NCBI GenBank assembly: GCA_964589635.1
Contig: CAZPRI010000002.1
Span: 1-49,195, forward strand
Reading direction: 5' to 3'
Length of the DNA stretch: 49,195 nucleotides
Origin: an uncultured Candidatus Saccharibacteria bacterium
GTDB taxonomy: Bacteria; Patescibacteriota; Minisyncoccia; Phycocordibacterales; JAACPR01
Shown here: positions 26,507 through 37,150 of the stretch, in pieces
Layout of the letters: each line of letters starts with the position of its first letter
Position numbering within the stretch: position 1 is the first letter of the stretch
Program-made: the position numbers and the translations under genes
The notes under the pieces: generated by a model
What the model was told of the DNA's origin: nothing
The model's input: only the letters and a program-made list of their open reading frames with translations
Databases searched by the model: none

Positions 26507-27707
26507 ATGAATGCTTTCTAAAGTCCATATCATCAGAGCTTATTAAATTAAGGAGTAGAGCCGAAAATGCAGCTATAACAAACATCCAATTTAAGCCAAC
26601 AAAACCTGCTAATATGAAGCCAAAAACAAACATTAAAAATCTTCCCGTATGAATCATCATCTCCATAATAACTGAATACTCATCGACATAATGTCCTTCG
26701 CGAGCAGATAGATCATAATTTAACGTGTTGTACGGAGTTGCTGTAAATATTTTCGTAATACTGTGATATGCACCAACAATAAATACGTGAAAAGCTGTGA
26801 AAATAAATATCTTTAGTATCCAACCAAGAGAATACATCAGACTACCCCATCTCAGCATTTTTTGTTTTGAAATTCTTTTGTCCATAGTTTTTCCTAAGCT
26901 CAATTGAAGCACAATTGTTATAAGAACAATAAAGGATGATAATAAGCCTACTTGCATCAGGTCTCCATTCAATAATTCAAAAATAAAGATTGGCCAAATA
27001 ATTAAAGTAGCAAAACTTTCAGCACCATCGCCCAAAAAAGCTAGAGCCACTTTTCTCTTCTTTAAACTATAAAAAAATTCTTTAAATGTCTCTGTGTATG
27101 ACCAAGAAAAATTCTCCTTTGTTGGTGGTAATTGCTTAAAAGGAATAATTGAAGAAAGGTAAATAATTATACTAACAATAAACAAAACATCGAATGAGAA
27201 ATTATTAATAATAAAAGCAGATGCAATTGGCAACACAACGGCAAGAAACATCTTAACCGCTTCAAAGGAACTCATCTGTCTTCCTCTATTTCTCTTGTTT
27301 GTAAACTTTGCAATATCAGTCCTAAAAGGTGTCCAAAAAAGAATTCTGAATAATGTTAAACACAAAATACCAATCGGAATATAAATAAATATAGTACTTT
27401 TGTCTACCAGATAATTAGTCACATAAAATAAGGAAAGAAAAACAAGACTCAATCGTAAAGACCTTTGTAAACCGAACTTCTTATCAAAAAATTTAACACC
27501 GATCGGTATCGTCAAAACATACAACAAAGAAGCTAGGCCGTAGAAAGCAAAAACCCATAGATACTGGTTACCAAAGAGCTCATACAAGAAAATTGGAAGA
27601 AATAGACCAAGTAAACCTGATGCAATAAACATAAACATTCTTCCTGTCAAAAGTGAGACGAAACTTGCGGAAACTTCCCCATCAAAATATTTATGCTTAG
27701 TTCTCAT
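26505..27707 (-). CDS. MFS transporter
   Basis: About 12 TM helices in two halves; DKKFG loop motif. Confidence 0.8.
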   Translation of the reverse strand: MRTKHKYFDGEVSASFVSLLTGRMFMFIASGLLGLFLPIFLYELFGNQYLWVFAFYGLASLLYVLTIPIGVKFFDKKFGLQRSLRLSLVFLSLFYVTNYLVDKSTIFIYIPIGILCLTLFRILFWTPFRTDIAKFTNKRNRGRQMSSFEAVKMFLAVVLPIASAFIINNFSFDVLFIVSIIIYLSSIIPFKQLPPTKENFSWSYTETFKEFFYSLKKRKVALAFLGDGAESFATLIIWPIFIFELLNGDLMQVGLLSSFIVLITIVLQLSLGKTMDKRISKQKMLRWGSLMYSLGWILKIFIFTAFHVFIVGAYHSITKIFTATPYNTLNYDLSAREGHYVDEYSVIMEMMIHTGRFLMFVFGFILAGFVGLNWMFVIAAFSALLLNLISSDDMDFRKHS

Positions 27708-27749
27708 TAATATAATTCTACCATACTGGTATAATGACCTTAATAAAAT

Positions 27750-28571
27750 ATGAATTTACAAAATTTTCCCGAAAATGTGAATCTAGAGAATCTTTTAAAA
27801 ATTAAATTTACTAAAAAATTTAAGGTCATTTTTATTATGATTACTATAGTACTTATGATTATCTCTCCTTTCTACTTAATCGCTATGGTGTTTATTTATT
27901 TCTCACTAAAGAAATACCTTGAGCAGCTACAAATACACAGAGCGTTTATGAAGAGTTTTGCGGAAAGAAATAATTTCTCCTACATAGATTTTTCCTCTAC
28001 TAAAAATCTAACAGGTAGACTTTTTAATATTGGTAATTCACGAAGAGTCCTTCATATGGTTTCAGGATTTTTCGAAAAGTATCCCATACAAATATTCAAT
28101 TATTATTACACGGTTGGTAGCGGGAAAAATAGTCATACTTATAGTTTTACTGTGTGCGAAATAGAAATAGAAAGGACTAAATTTCCTCATATATTTCTTA
28201 AATCAGATTCTATGTGGAGATACCAGATGCAAGACTTTTTTGGTCAGAACAAGGATGTGAAAATTAGTCTAGAGAAGGGATTCGATGCGTACTTTGATTT
28301 GTATTGCACACAAGATTACGAGACTGAGACTCTTCAAATATTTACAGTAGATATTCTAGATTATTTATCTAAAAGTGGTAGTAATTTCTCGATTGAATTT
28401 TCAGAAAACAAAATATATATTTATGATGATTTGATAATTAGAAAACAAGAGGAGTTGGATCAACTATATGAAGTAGTGAAGAAAATTTTGAATTCTTCGC
28501 AAGGTCTTTTTGATAGACTTCATGACGATTTTGATTCTCTACACTCTGTTTACAATAAAAAAATCAATTAA
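27750..28571 (+). CDS. Hypothetical membrane-anchored protein (DUF3137-like)
   Basis: N-terminal TM region; LEKGFDAYFDLY, FSIEF. Confidence 0.6.
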   Translation: MNLQNFPENVNLENLLKIKFTKKFKVIFIMITIVLMIISPFYLIAMVFIYFSLKKYLEQLQIHRAFMKSFAERNNFSYIDFSSTKNLTGRLFNIGNSRRVLHMVSGFFEKYPIQIFNYYYTVGSGKNSHTYSFTVCEIEIERTKFPHIFLKSDSMWRYQMQDFFGQNKDVKISLEKGFDAYFDLYCTQDYETETLQIFTVDILDYLSKSGSNFSIEFSENKIYIYDDLIIRKQEELDQLYEVVKKILNSSQGLFDRLHDDFDSLHSVYNKKIN

Positions 28572-29845
28572 AATAATATCAAAAATATATTATATTGTTC
28601 TTGAGTAATCAACCCAAATATTAGGAAAATCTTTAGGACGCCTTCCAGTGTTAACTGTTCTCCATCAGAAGATGATGAACCACCACCACCTCCACCTCCA
28701 CCAGATGAATATGCACTACCAAAAATTTTAACACCAATAGCAGATGAACTTTCTTCATAAGAACCGTATTCTTCATAAGCTCCAGAAAATGAAATTGTTC
28801 CTACTATTGGCACATATCCGCTAAAATCATTAGAATCTCGATACTCCAAGGCAACCCAGTAATCCCCACTAACTAATTGCCAATCTAAACCCTGAACCTT
28901 TCTCCATGAAACCTCATTACTGCTATCAGGAGTAAAAGAAAGTGTGGTACTAAAAACTTCAGAAGCAGTATCAGGTGTTTGACTACCGTCTTCATATATT
29001 ACAATAGAAAGATTTTTAGCACCTCCAGTATTATTAACTAGGTACATCTCCACTTCATCTATTTTCTTATTTTCTGAAAGAGTAAATTTTTGAGCACGTC
29101 CTGTTATGGTTGTGTTATTTAAGGTTCCTCCAGAAGTAGATATTTCGGGCTTACCAGTATAAAAAACCAAATCATAAGAGTCAGAACCAAGAGTATTAAC
29201 ACTAATAGAATCTGATAAAGCTGACTCATTTCCTTCTTCGTCATAAGCAGATACTTTATATTTATAAAGAGTACTTACGCTTAATCCAGTATCCAAATAA
29301 GAAATACCGTCATCTATATCAGCTATTTGAACAAAAGAATCTGATACTTCTTTATAAAGTCTGTATCCCTGGGTTTCTGTATCCACATCTACAGACCTAT
29401 CCCAATCTATTATGATATATGTTCCTGCTGTGTAAGATGCTTCAAGATTCTCTGGGACAGGAGGTGGAGTAATGTCAGCAGAAGGATCTGTCACTGTAAT
29501 AGACACAGTCACCGTATTTGAATAATTAGCACCGTCATATGCTTTATAAGTAAAAGTATCTACTCCAGCGAAAAAGAATTCTGGCTCATAAACAAAAGTA
29601 CCATCTGTTTCAAAAGTTAAAACACCTTCTACTGTTGTTGTGACCAACTCTGCTGTTAATGCGTCAACGTCAGTATCAGTGTCATTATCAAGAACACTTT
29701 CACCAAACAAAGCCAGGGTTTCGTTCATTTCAATTGAATAAGAATCTTCTATCGCAACAGGACTGGCAGCTAAAACTTGACCTGTTTGCAGTATAAACAT
29801 TAATAAACTCCAAAAAAATATTTCCTTTTTTCTTGCTTTTTCCAT
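28568..29845 (-). CDS. Secreted surface protein with cadherin-like Ig and fibronectin III domains
   Basis: Signal peptide; VLDNDTD...DTFTYKAYDG; PPPVPENL...YKYKVSAYD..GNES; Gly/Ser linker. Confidence 0.8.
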   Translation of the reverse strand: MEKARKKEIFFWSLLMFILQTGQVLAASPVAIEDSYSIEMNETLALFGESVLDNDTDTDVDALTAELVTTTVEGVLTFETDGTFVYEPEFFFAGVDTFTYKAYDGANYSNTVTVSITVTDPSADITPPPVPENLEASYTAGTYIIIDWDRSVDVDTETQGYRLYKEVSDSFVQIADIDDGISYLDTGLSVSTLYKYKVSAYDEEGNESALSDSISVNTLGSDSYDLVFYTGKPEISTSGGTLNNTTITGRAQKFTLSENKKIDEVEMYLVNNTGGAKNLSIVIYEDGSQTPDTASEVFSTTLSFTPDSSNEVSWRKVQGLDWQLVSGDYWVALEYRDSNDFSGYVPIVGTISFSGAYEEYGSYEESSSAIGVKIFGSAYSSGGGGGGGGSSSSDGEQLTLEGVLKIFLIFGLITQEQYNIFLILF

Positions 29846-29861
29846 TTCCTTATACTACAAG

Positions 29862-29895
29862 AAAAAGAGTAGTCTTTCAAGACTACTCTTTTTTT
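29862..29895 (-). terminator. Terminator-like hairpin
   Basis: AAAAAGAGTAGTCT-TTCA-AGACTACTCTTTTT. Confidence 0.7.
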
Positions 29896-29897
29896 AT

Positions 29898-30485
29898 TTA
29901 ACCCGAATCAAGCCTGAAGAAAACCTGTATTTCTTCAGAATTAACAAAATATTCATATTCTACAAGTCCAGATTCGTCACTTAAAATGGTTTCTATAGTT
30001 TCCCAATTTTCTAGATCAAACGATCTTTGAACTTTATAGTGTTTGCCAGGATTCCATTTCCAAGAAAATTTCATAATAGTCTGAGGAAGAACCTCAGTAC
30101 TACTCTCTATTTCCTCAGTTGTTTCTTCTGCAAATAACTGATTCATTACCATTTGCACCGTTGGTTTTACAGGAATATCAAAAATGAAAGATACTTCGTC
30201 AGAATAGTCAGACTCATCTCCTTCAGAAGAAAAAGCCTTGACAGCAAAGAAATATTTTTTCGAAGTATCAAAACCCATCACTGTCGCCTTTGCTCTTCCG
30301 ATTCCAGAAGGAAACTGTCTAGTCGTTATGATACGAGAATAATTTCTACTTGATTCTCCAATAAAAATCTTGTATCCAGCAACTCTTGCATCATCTACAC
30401 GATCCCAAGAAAATTGTACTTTCTGAGAAAAAACTGTATGCGATAAAAAAACCATCATCAGCGTTATTAAAAAGAACATCTTCAT
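29898..30485 (-). CDS. Secreted fibronectin III domain protein
   Basis: FSWD, VAGYKIF, YFFAVKAF..GDESDYSDEV; C-terminal YKVQRSFDLENW...FFRL. Confidence 0.78.
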   Translation of the reverse strand: MKMFFLITLMMVFLSHTVFSQKVQFSWDRVDDARVAGYKIFIGESSRNYSRIITTRQFPSGIGRAKATVMGFDTSKKYFFAVKAFSSEGDESDYSDEVSFIFDIPVKPTVQMVMNQLFAEETTEEIESSTEVLPQTIMKFSWKWNPGKHYKVQRSFDLENWETIETILSDESGLVEYEYFVNSEEIQVFFRLDSG

Positions 30486-30546
30486 TCTAATTTTATCTTA
30501 CCACAAAAAAAGAAAATGGCGATAAAAACCCACTTAAATATTCAAC

Positions 30547-31566
30547 CTAATACTCTAAATCTTCATCCAATTCCCCTCTATCAGCCTGAACATCAAAAAT
30601 TAACCATTTTAAAAATTCCTCTCTAGCTTTCTCTACATTTTCTTTTTTACCCTTCCAAATTTTTAATGCAGGACCCTGAATTGCTCTTGCATATGAAAAA
30701 GCTATTTCCCATGGAAGAGGTTCAAGTCTAGCAATAGCATTTAAATTATCTCTGGCCTGTTCTGGGGTTTGACCACCAGATAAGAATACAATTCCAGCCA
30801 AATCCTTTGGAGCAGTTTTTTGCAGAACCCTAACAGTTCTTTGAGCAACTTCTGAAGGAACCATCTCCTCCCCCGAGTCACTTCCAGGAACAACCATACT
30901 TGTTTTTAAAATCAAACCCTTCAAATCAACTCCTTCCTCTAATATTTGTTCAAATACAATCTTGAGAGTCTTTTCTGTCACTTCTTCAGCTTTTTCAATT
31001 GAGTGTGGGCCGTTTAAAATAACTTCAGGTTCAATTATAGGAACCATTCCTGATGTCTGTACTTTTTTTGCATACTTTGCAAGACGTATTGCATTCTCAA
31101 GTATTGCACCTTTTGATGGTAGATCATTTGATTCATCGATCTGAATTACAGCTCTCCATTTAGTAAATCTTGCACCGATTTCATAATATTCATCTAAATT
31201 ATCCCCTAAAGTACTTAAGCCTTCCGTAATTTTTTCTCCGGGGAAATCAGGATTATCTTTTGCTCCTCCATCAACCTTTATTCCAGGTAAAATTCCAAGA
31301 TCATCTAGATGAGTCCCAAATAATTTTCCACTATTTGTCTTTTGTCTAAGAGTTTCATCAAATAAAATAACACCACTAATGTAGTGCTCTATGTTTTCTG
31401 TTGATAAAAATAAATCACGATACTGCCTTCTCATTTCCTCAGAATTTTGAGCTCCTACAGATTCTAGTCTTTTACCTGCAGTGTTATTACTTTCATCAGC
31501 AGCAAGAATCCCCTTACCTCTCTTCATTATTCTTTTTGCAATATCGTGTATTATTTTATTTTCCAT
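30547..31566 (-). CDS. Fructose-bisphosphate aldolase class I
   Basis: GKGILAADES, GIKVD, KWRAV, VPIIEPEV, LKTSMV, FLSGGQ, FSYARA. Confidence 0.96.
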   Translation of the reverse strand: MENKIIHDIAKRIMKRGKGILAADESNNTAGKRLESVGAQNSEEMRRQYRDLFLSTENIEHYISGVILFDETLRQKTNSGKLFGTHLDDLGILPGIKVDGGAKDNPDFPGEKITEGLSTLGDNLDEYYEIGARFTKWRAVIQIDESNDLPSKGAILENAIRLAKYAKKVQTSGMVPIIEPEVILNGPHSIEKAEEVTEKTLKIVFEQILEEGVDLKGLILKTSMVVPGSDSGEEMVPSEVAQRTVRVLQKTAPKDLAGIVFLSGGQTPEQARDNLNAIARLEPLPWEIAFSYARAIQGPALKIWKGKKENVEKAREEFLKWLIFDVQADRGELDEDLEY

Positions 31567-31587
31567 TTAAATATTTTAACATGCAAA

Positions 31588-32262
31588 TTATTCTGTATCT
31601 ATTTTTCCGTCTCTAAGCCAAATTATCCTATCCGTCTCATTACCATATTCTTCTTCATGAGTCACCATTACAATTGTTTGGCCCTTCTTATTCAAATCCT
31701 TTAATATATCTATAACAATTCTCGCAGATTCTCCATCTAGATTTGCAGTTGGCTCATCTGTAAAAATTATTTTTGGCTCATCGACAATAGATCTCGCAAT
31801 CGAAACTCTTTGCTGTTCACCTCCAGAAAGTTGAGAAGGTAAATTATTTACCTGTTCCTCTAGACCAAGTTTTGACAATACCTTTTCTGATTGTTTAAAA
31901 GCATCAATAGTAGACATCCCTCTTACTAATAAAGGCAAAGATACATTCTCAATAGCGGTTAGTTCTGGAACAAGAGCATAGTCCTGAAAAACATATCCTA
32001 AATGATTTAATCTGAATAATGTTTTCTCCTTATTAGTTAATTTCAAGACATCAACACCATCAACAATAATTTCTCCAGAAGTCGGTTCGTCAAGTAAAGA
32101 CATTTGGTACATCAAAGTCGATTTCCCAGCTCCAGAACGACCCATAATAGAAACAAACTCGCCCTCCTTTATTTCTATATCAATCCCCTTTAAAACCTCG
32201 GTAATAATCTTACCGTTTATAAATTTCTTTGTTATTCCTTTTACCACTATTATGTTTTTCAT
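31588..32262 (-). CDS. ABC transporter ATPase (LolD/MacB type)
   Basis: GRSGAGKST, LSGGEQQR, DEPTANLD, VTHE. Confidence 0.95.
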   Translation of the reverse strand: MKNIIVVKGITKKFINGKIITEVLKGIDIEIKEGEFVSIMGRSGAGKSTLMYQMSLLDEPTSGEIIVDGVDVLKLTNKEKTLFRLNHLGYVFQDYALVPELTAIENVSLPLLVRGMSTIDAFKQSEKVLSKLGLEEQVNNLPSQLSGGEQQRVSIARSIVDEPKIIFTDEPTANLDGESARIVIDILKDLNKKGQTIVMVTHEEEYGNETDRIIWLRDGKIDTE

Positions 32263-32346
32263 ATTGTTGATGTTATTTTGTCGTCTTGTTGCCAGTCTTC
32301 ATCAGAATGTTGTAAAATATACTCTTCATAGTATCCTTATTTTGCA

Positions 32347-33603
32347 TCAATCTCTACCTAAAATTGAATCAAGAGTATTTTTCTTTATGATAATTCTGGC
32401 TGGTAAATACCCCGCTACTCCTGTAACAACTAGTAAAATGGCGACTCTCATAAAAGTTAAACCAAAAGGAGCAACCAAGATACCATCAGAGAACGGGAAA
32501 TCAATTGGATTAGCCGCAACATACGGCACAAGTACACCGTAGACCATTATTAGACCTAAAACAGAACCTGTTATCGCATAAACCATAGATTGAAATACGT
32601 ATGACAATTCTAAGGTTTTACCGTCTACACCAATAGCTTTCATAATTCCGATATATTTTCTCCTTGTAATAGCATTTATAAAAATTACAATAAACACAGT
32701 AATTGCTGCAACGACTAAACCTATAGAAGAAATTATTGTTCCAAGTAAATTAAAAGTATTCTTTATATCAACTAGAAATTGAGGCTGAGCATCTAAATAT
32801 GTTTGTATTTTTGCATATGAACCATACCCATCTTTCTCAAGACTATCTTTAATCCACTCTGGGGAATAATCTTCGCTTGCTTGTATTGATATCTCACTAA
32901 CATTCAAATCATCCCTACCAACAATCGATCTTAATTGAGAATCCAACATAAATACCCTCCTATCAACCTCATCAACCTTGTTTCTAGCAATACCTTTTAC
33001 AAAAACTTCCCTTTCATTTTCTCCAATTTTAATTTTTATTTTATCTCCTACTTTTACATCAGATAAAACAAGAAAACCCGGTGAATCAACTGGCAAATAT
33101 TTTTCTAGCAAATATGCTCCTAAAATTACATGATCATAGTCATCTGGTTCCAAGTATTCACCTTCAACTATTGAATCAGAAAGTTGTGTAAGTTGATTCT
33201 CTTTTATTGGATCAATTCCTGCAATAATTGACCCTACCAATTGCCTTTTGTCTTCAAAATTTGTTCTCTCTTTATAATTAGCTTCGACACTTCCTGAAGC
33301 CAAATACCTGGCAGAGTATCTTTCTACACCGGGGAGATTCTCAATGTTTGCAATTATATCTCTACTATTTTCTATGTAATCTTTTTCTTTTAATGTTGAA
33401 ACAATTACGTCACTTGTATAGTAATTTCTGTTGGCATTCTCCGATCCCTCAATCAATCCAACCAGAATACCTGAAACAGCGACTAAATTCATAAAGGTTA
33501 AAAGCATCACTGCTACAATCAATATGTTTGACCATAGTGACGCTCTTTTTAGTTGTCTATAGCCTAGAAACCAACCAACTTTTATTGAATTAATATCAAT
33601 CAT
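32347..33603 (-). CDS. ABC permease (FtsX/MacB family)
   Basis: One TM, large extracytoplasmic loop, three TM; RRKYIGIMKAIG. Confidence 0.9.
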   Translation of the reverse strand: MIDINSIKVGWFLGYRQLKRASLWSNILIVAVMLLTFMNLVAVSGILVGLIEGSENANRNYYTSDVIVSTLKEKDYIENSRDIIANIENLPGVERYSARYLASGSVEANYKERTNFEDKRQLVGSIIAGIDPIKENQLTQLSDSIVEGEYLEPDDYDHVILGAYLLEKYLPVDSPGFLVLSDVKVGDKIKIKIGENEREVFVKGIARNKVDEVDRRVFMLDSQLRSIVGRDDLNVSEISIQASEDYSPEWIKDSLEKDGYGSYAKIQTYLDAQPQFLVDIKNTFNLLGTIISSIGLVVAAITVFIVIFINAITRRKYIGIMKAIGVDGKTLELSYVFQSMVYAITGSVLGLIMVYGVLVPYVAANPIDFPFSDGILVAPFGLTFMRVAILLVVTGVAGYLPARIIIKKNTLDSILGRD

Positions 33604-33605
33604 AG

Positions 33606-35039
33606 TTATTTATTAGGAATCAAAATATTATCACCGACTCGCAGACCTTCCGTGACAGCAATCTTTCCTTTATTATCTTTCTCTCCCGTTTCAATATTAA
33701 TTCTTTCTAGCACGCCATCTCTTACAACCTCCACAAAATCAACACCATCATTCTGTATTACAAATGTTGGGATAATTATCTGATCAAATATTTCTTCTTT
33801 TATGATCTGAATATTTGTAGACATTCCAGGTCTCAAATCGTCAAAAGGGGTTAATAAACTTATCTTAGTTCTATAAGTCACCACACCATCTTTTATTGTC
33901 TCTTTTGGATCTATGTGAGTAACAACAGCATCAACAACAGTATCTTCACCCAATGCATCAAATTGAAGCATAACTTTATCTTCAATATCAATTCCAACAA
34001 TACTCACTTCAGGAATAAATGTTTCAACTTCAAGTGGAGAGTTTGAAATAAGAATAAATGCACTATCACTTGAAATTACATACTTCCCTATCTCAAGATT
34101 ATTCTGTGTAATTACACCATCAAAAGGAGCCCTTAAAATATACTCACCTGCTCTTGCCTGTGCCTTATAGACCGAAGCCTGACTATTTTGAATATTTGCA
34201 TTTTGAACAGGAACATCAGATTGCAAATTATTCAGTGCATTGAGAGCTGAATTCATTTCTAAAATTATGGTTGAAATAGTTGACCTACTCGACCCTAGAA
34301 CAGACACATATGAATCAATTTGAGCTTGAGTCACTACACCATTAGGGTTAAAATCAGATGATTTAGATGAAATCAAAGATAAAAATTCATCAATCTTTTT
34401 AATTTTATTTACGACAAAATTATAATCTTCATAGGACACATTTTCTTTACTTAATGAATCATTAAAAATACTCCATTTTCTCAGGTCGTCTTCAGCTTCT
34501 TCTCTACCATCATTTAAAATTTTTCGATCTGAACCAGGACTAATTATAAAATCGGCATTTATTGTATCCGCATCCTTAAAAAAGGTATCAATATTATTTC
34601 TTACAATATAATCAGCATTTACATATGCCTTATTTAAAGTTTTTACCAAAGCATCCTTGGCAATAGTAATTTGTGAATTGCCGATGTTACCTCCGTTGAT
34701 TTTATCTAACTGAGCTTGTGCACTTAGTAGATTTGCTCTGGCTTCTTCCACCTCACTCTGAACCTCTGACGAATTTAATACTGCAAGAATATCTCCAGCA
34801 AGAACTCTATCTCCAACATCTTTATATACTTTTATAACATCGCTTGATGCAGAAAAGGATAAACTAACTTCCTCCGCAGGAACAACTTTTCCTGATATTT
34901 CAACACTTTTCACTAGACCAGTACTTTCAGCTTGAACAGTCTCATACTCCCCATTTCTCCCAATAAAGAAAATAGCTATACCGATTAAAAATATAGTAGG
35001 GATAGCGTAAATAAAAAATTTAGTCTTAAATATGTTCAT
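33606..35039 (-). CDS. Efflux membrane-fusion/adaptor protein (MacA/HlyD-like)
   Basis: SGKV, VGDRV, long helical hairpin, LRAPFDG, LRPGMS, GLRVGD. Confidence 0.88.
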   Translation of the reverse strand: MNIFKTKFFIYAIPTIFLIGIAIFFIGRNGEYETVQAESTGLVKSVEISGKVVPAEEVSLSFSASSDVIKVYKDVGDRVLAGDILAVLNSSEVQSEVEEARANLLSAQAQLDKINGGNIGNSQITIAKDALVKTLNKAYVNADYIVRNNIDTFFKDADTINADFIISPGSDRKILNDGREEAEDDLRKWSIFNDSLSKENVSYEDYNFVVNKIKKIDEFLSLISSKSSDFNPNGVVTQAQIDSYVSVLGSSRSTISTIILEMNSALNALNNLQSDVPVQNANIQNSQASVYKAQARAGEYILRAPFDGVITQNNLEIGKYVISSDSAFILISNSPLEVETFIPEVSIVGIDIEDKVMLQFDALGEDTVVDAVVTHIDPKETIKDGVVTYRTKISLLTPFDDLRPGMSTNIQIIKEEIFDQIIIPTFVIQNDGVDFVEVVRDGVLERINIETGEKDNKGKIAVTEGLRVGDNILIPNK

Positions 35040-35059
35040 GCCACTTATTTTACCTCAAA

Positions 35060-35392
35060 CTAAAGGAAAATATAACTAGACCAACCCAGAATATTCAATA
35101 TAATAAAAGACCATATTGCTATTTTTTTTGAAATATCGAATCTTTTACTAAGTAGAACTGCAAAATAAAATCCAACAAAAGTTACAATCACATCTGAAAC
35201 TCTGTTTGTTGAATACTCAAAAACCCTTACAAATATTTCAAAAAATTCCCATAACGTGGCCACTATCAGGATAAACAAAAAATTTACATATTTTCTGTCT
35301 GGCTTTAAATAAAAAAACAGTATTACTCCAAAAAGAAAATGAGATAGGCTCCATAAATCTATATAAGGATGTTCAACAAATAAATCAATCAT
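35060..35392 (-). CDS. Small membrane protein
   Basis: Four hydrophobic segments; DLWSLSHF, WEFFE, SD motifs. Confidence 0.7.
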   Translation of the reverse strand: MIDLFVEHPYIDLWSLSHFLFGVILFFYLKPDRKYVNFLFILIVATLWEFFEIFVRVFEYSTNRVSDVIVTFVGFYFAVLLSKRFDISKKIAIWSFIILNILGWSSYIFL

Positions 35393-35452
35393 GAGTATCT
35401 TTATATTCTACCAAATTGACAAAATTTATCTTATTGCTAATGTTAAAAAAGA

Positions 35453-35605
35453 ATGTCTAATATTGTAAATTATCTTTTCTTGTTCTTTCTAATTTCCCTA
35501 GGTCTGACAATCACATTAGCCTCAAAAATAAACTTTAGGAAGACTAGAAGGTCCCTTCGTAGATTTAAGTGGAGAATGATTAATAAATACAAAACATACA
35601 GATGA
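35453..35605 (+). CDS. 50-aa single-TM basic protein, not in the ORF track
   Basis: MSNIVNYLFLFFLISLGLTITLASKINFRKTRRSLRRFKWRMINKYKTYR; TTGACA-16-TAATGT at 35416-35443. Confidence 0.5.
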   Translation: MSNIVNYLFLFFLISLGLTITLASKINFRKTRRSLRRFKWRMINKYKTYR

Positions 35606-35674
35606 AGGTCTGTATGTTTTTTGACAATATAAACTTAATGTTGTATTTTTAAAAAGAATCGCACAAACAAACAA

Positions 35675-36274
35675 ATGAACATACTCTTGCCGAAATCTAC
35701 CTTTCTCAAGATGATTGAGGAACACACATTCAAGTTTTTTATCGCTCTTCTTTTCATTATATGTCTATGTACCTTTATTCGAAGTAGACATACCAGTATT
35801 AATTCTGTCTGGATTCATGAAAAAGTAACAATCTGGAACGAAGACAAATTCACTAATAGTGAGTTTGATTCAAAGAATGATTTTGTAGTTATGGATTTCA
35901 ATCAATGGAAAAAATTATCCAAACTAATGGACTCGCCGATTTCGATTGACGTCAGTAGATTGAAAAAAGCTGGCGAAGTATCGTACTTTTTTTCTGATAA
36001 GGATATCTATTTCATCTCACACAAAAGGATTGACCTTTCTTGGAAAAGAGATATCTTCTACGAAATTACAGCTAGAGAATTTGATACCATAGATAGTGTA
36101 GACCTGACAATTAAGGAGCGGGAAAACATTATTGCACTAAGAGATTCTCTTATCATCTTCCTGATAGGAATAGCTTATTGGATAATTATGCTTTACTGTG
36201 TACTTATCTATAGAGTATTTTCCTATGGAATAAAACTTCTCAAAAAAAAGACCCTTAAAAAGGGAGACGCGTAG
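35675..36274 (+). CDS. Hypothetical membrane protein (2 TM)
   Basis: 199 aa ORF ending at a terminator. Confidence 0.6.
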   Translation: MNILLPKSTFLKMIEEHTFKFFIALLFIICLCTFIRSRHTSINSVWIHEKVTIWNEDKFTNSEFDSKNDFVVMDFNQWKKLSKLMDSPISIDVSRLKKAGEVSYFFSDKDIYFISHKRIDLSWKRDIFYEITAREFDTIDSVDLTIKERENIIALRDSLIIFLIGIAYWIIMLYCVLIYRVFSYGIKLLKKKTLKKGDA

Positions 36275-36281
36275 TTTTTTG

Positions 36282-36312
36282 AAAAAAGGCGCGACCTACG
36301 GTCGCGCCTTTT
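36282..36312. terminator. Bidirectional terminator
   Basis: AAAAGGCGCGACC-TAC-GGTCGCGCCTTTT. Confidence 0.85.
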
Positions 36313-36315
36313 CCT

Positions 36316-37119
36316 TTACAACAATCTTGCTTGTGCAAGAGCCCCCCAAATTCCATTTAATGATCCGAGCTCTGCCATCTTAACTCTTGGAACTTCTGGA
36401 AAAATTTCCATATTATCCCTTATAGCATCCTCAATTTCTTCCATATCAAGATCTTTAGAAATACCTCCTCCCATAACTATGGTATCTGGAGACCACAACA
36501 TAGAAACATTATGTAAGGATATTCCAAGCAATCTTGTTATTTCTGCATACACTTTTGGATCAGTGATTTCCTTAGCAGGGACATTATATTTTTTCTCCAA
36601 ATTTTTTCCACCAATCAAATCTTGTAGATTTTCATCTGTTTCTGTATTCATAATAAGATGACCTGGTTCAAAACCAAATGTACGATTCTGAATCTTCTTA
36701 TCAACTACAAGTCCGCCACCAACACCAGTAGAGACTGTTATATATGCAACAATTTTACCATCCTTTCCCGCTCCAAACGTAGCCTCTCCAAGAGCAGCTA
36801 AGTCTGCATCATTAAAAATTTCAGGCCTAACTCCACAAATTCTTTCAATATCATATGTAATCATTTTTTTCTCCCAGTCAGGAAGATTTGGAGATTTTAG
36901 TAGTTTAACCCTATCTTTATCAAAAACCCCTGCGAGGCCCCCTACAACTCCTTGTATCTTTTTGCCTCCTGTAATTTTCTTAATATTTTCACTTAGTAAA
37001 ATTATTCCTGATGAAAAATTTGTATCAGTATCAAATATTAAAGGCTCATCAAATGATGATAAGTCCTCTGAGACAGCAAGTCTTGTCTTTGTTCCACCGA
37101 TGTCAAAAAGTAAGTACAT
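36316..37119 (-). CDS. ROK family sugar kinase
   Basis: DIGGTK, SPNL, NDADLAALGE, STGVGGG, EPGH. Confidence 0.92.
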   Translation of the reverse strand: MYLLFDIGGTKTRLAVSEDLSSFDEPLIFDTDTNFSSGIILLSENIKKITGGKKIQGVVGGLAGVFDKDRVKLLKSPNLPDWEKKMITYDIERICGVRPEIFNDADLAALGEATFGAGKDGKIVAYITVSTGVGGGLVVDKKIQNRTFGFEPGHLIMNTETDENLQDLIGGKNLEKKYNVPAKEITDPKVYAEITRLLGISLHNVSMLWSPDTIVMGGGISKDLDMEEIEDAIRDNMEIFPEVPRVKMAELGSLNGIWGALAQARLL

Positions 37120-37150
37120 GATACTATTATTATACTAAAGTAATACAAAT

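Noticed and set aside
28680-28703. CCA/CCT triplet run as a contingency repeat
   Set aside because: Encodes an in-frame poly-Gly linker with mixed codons
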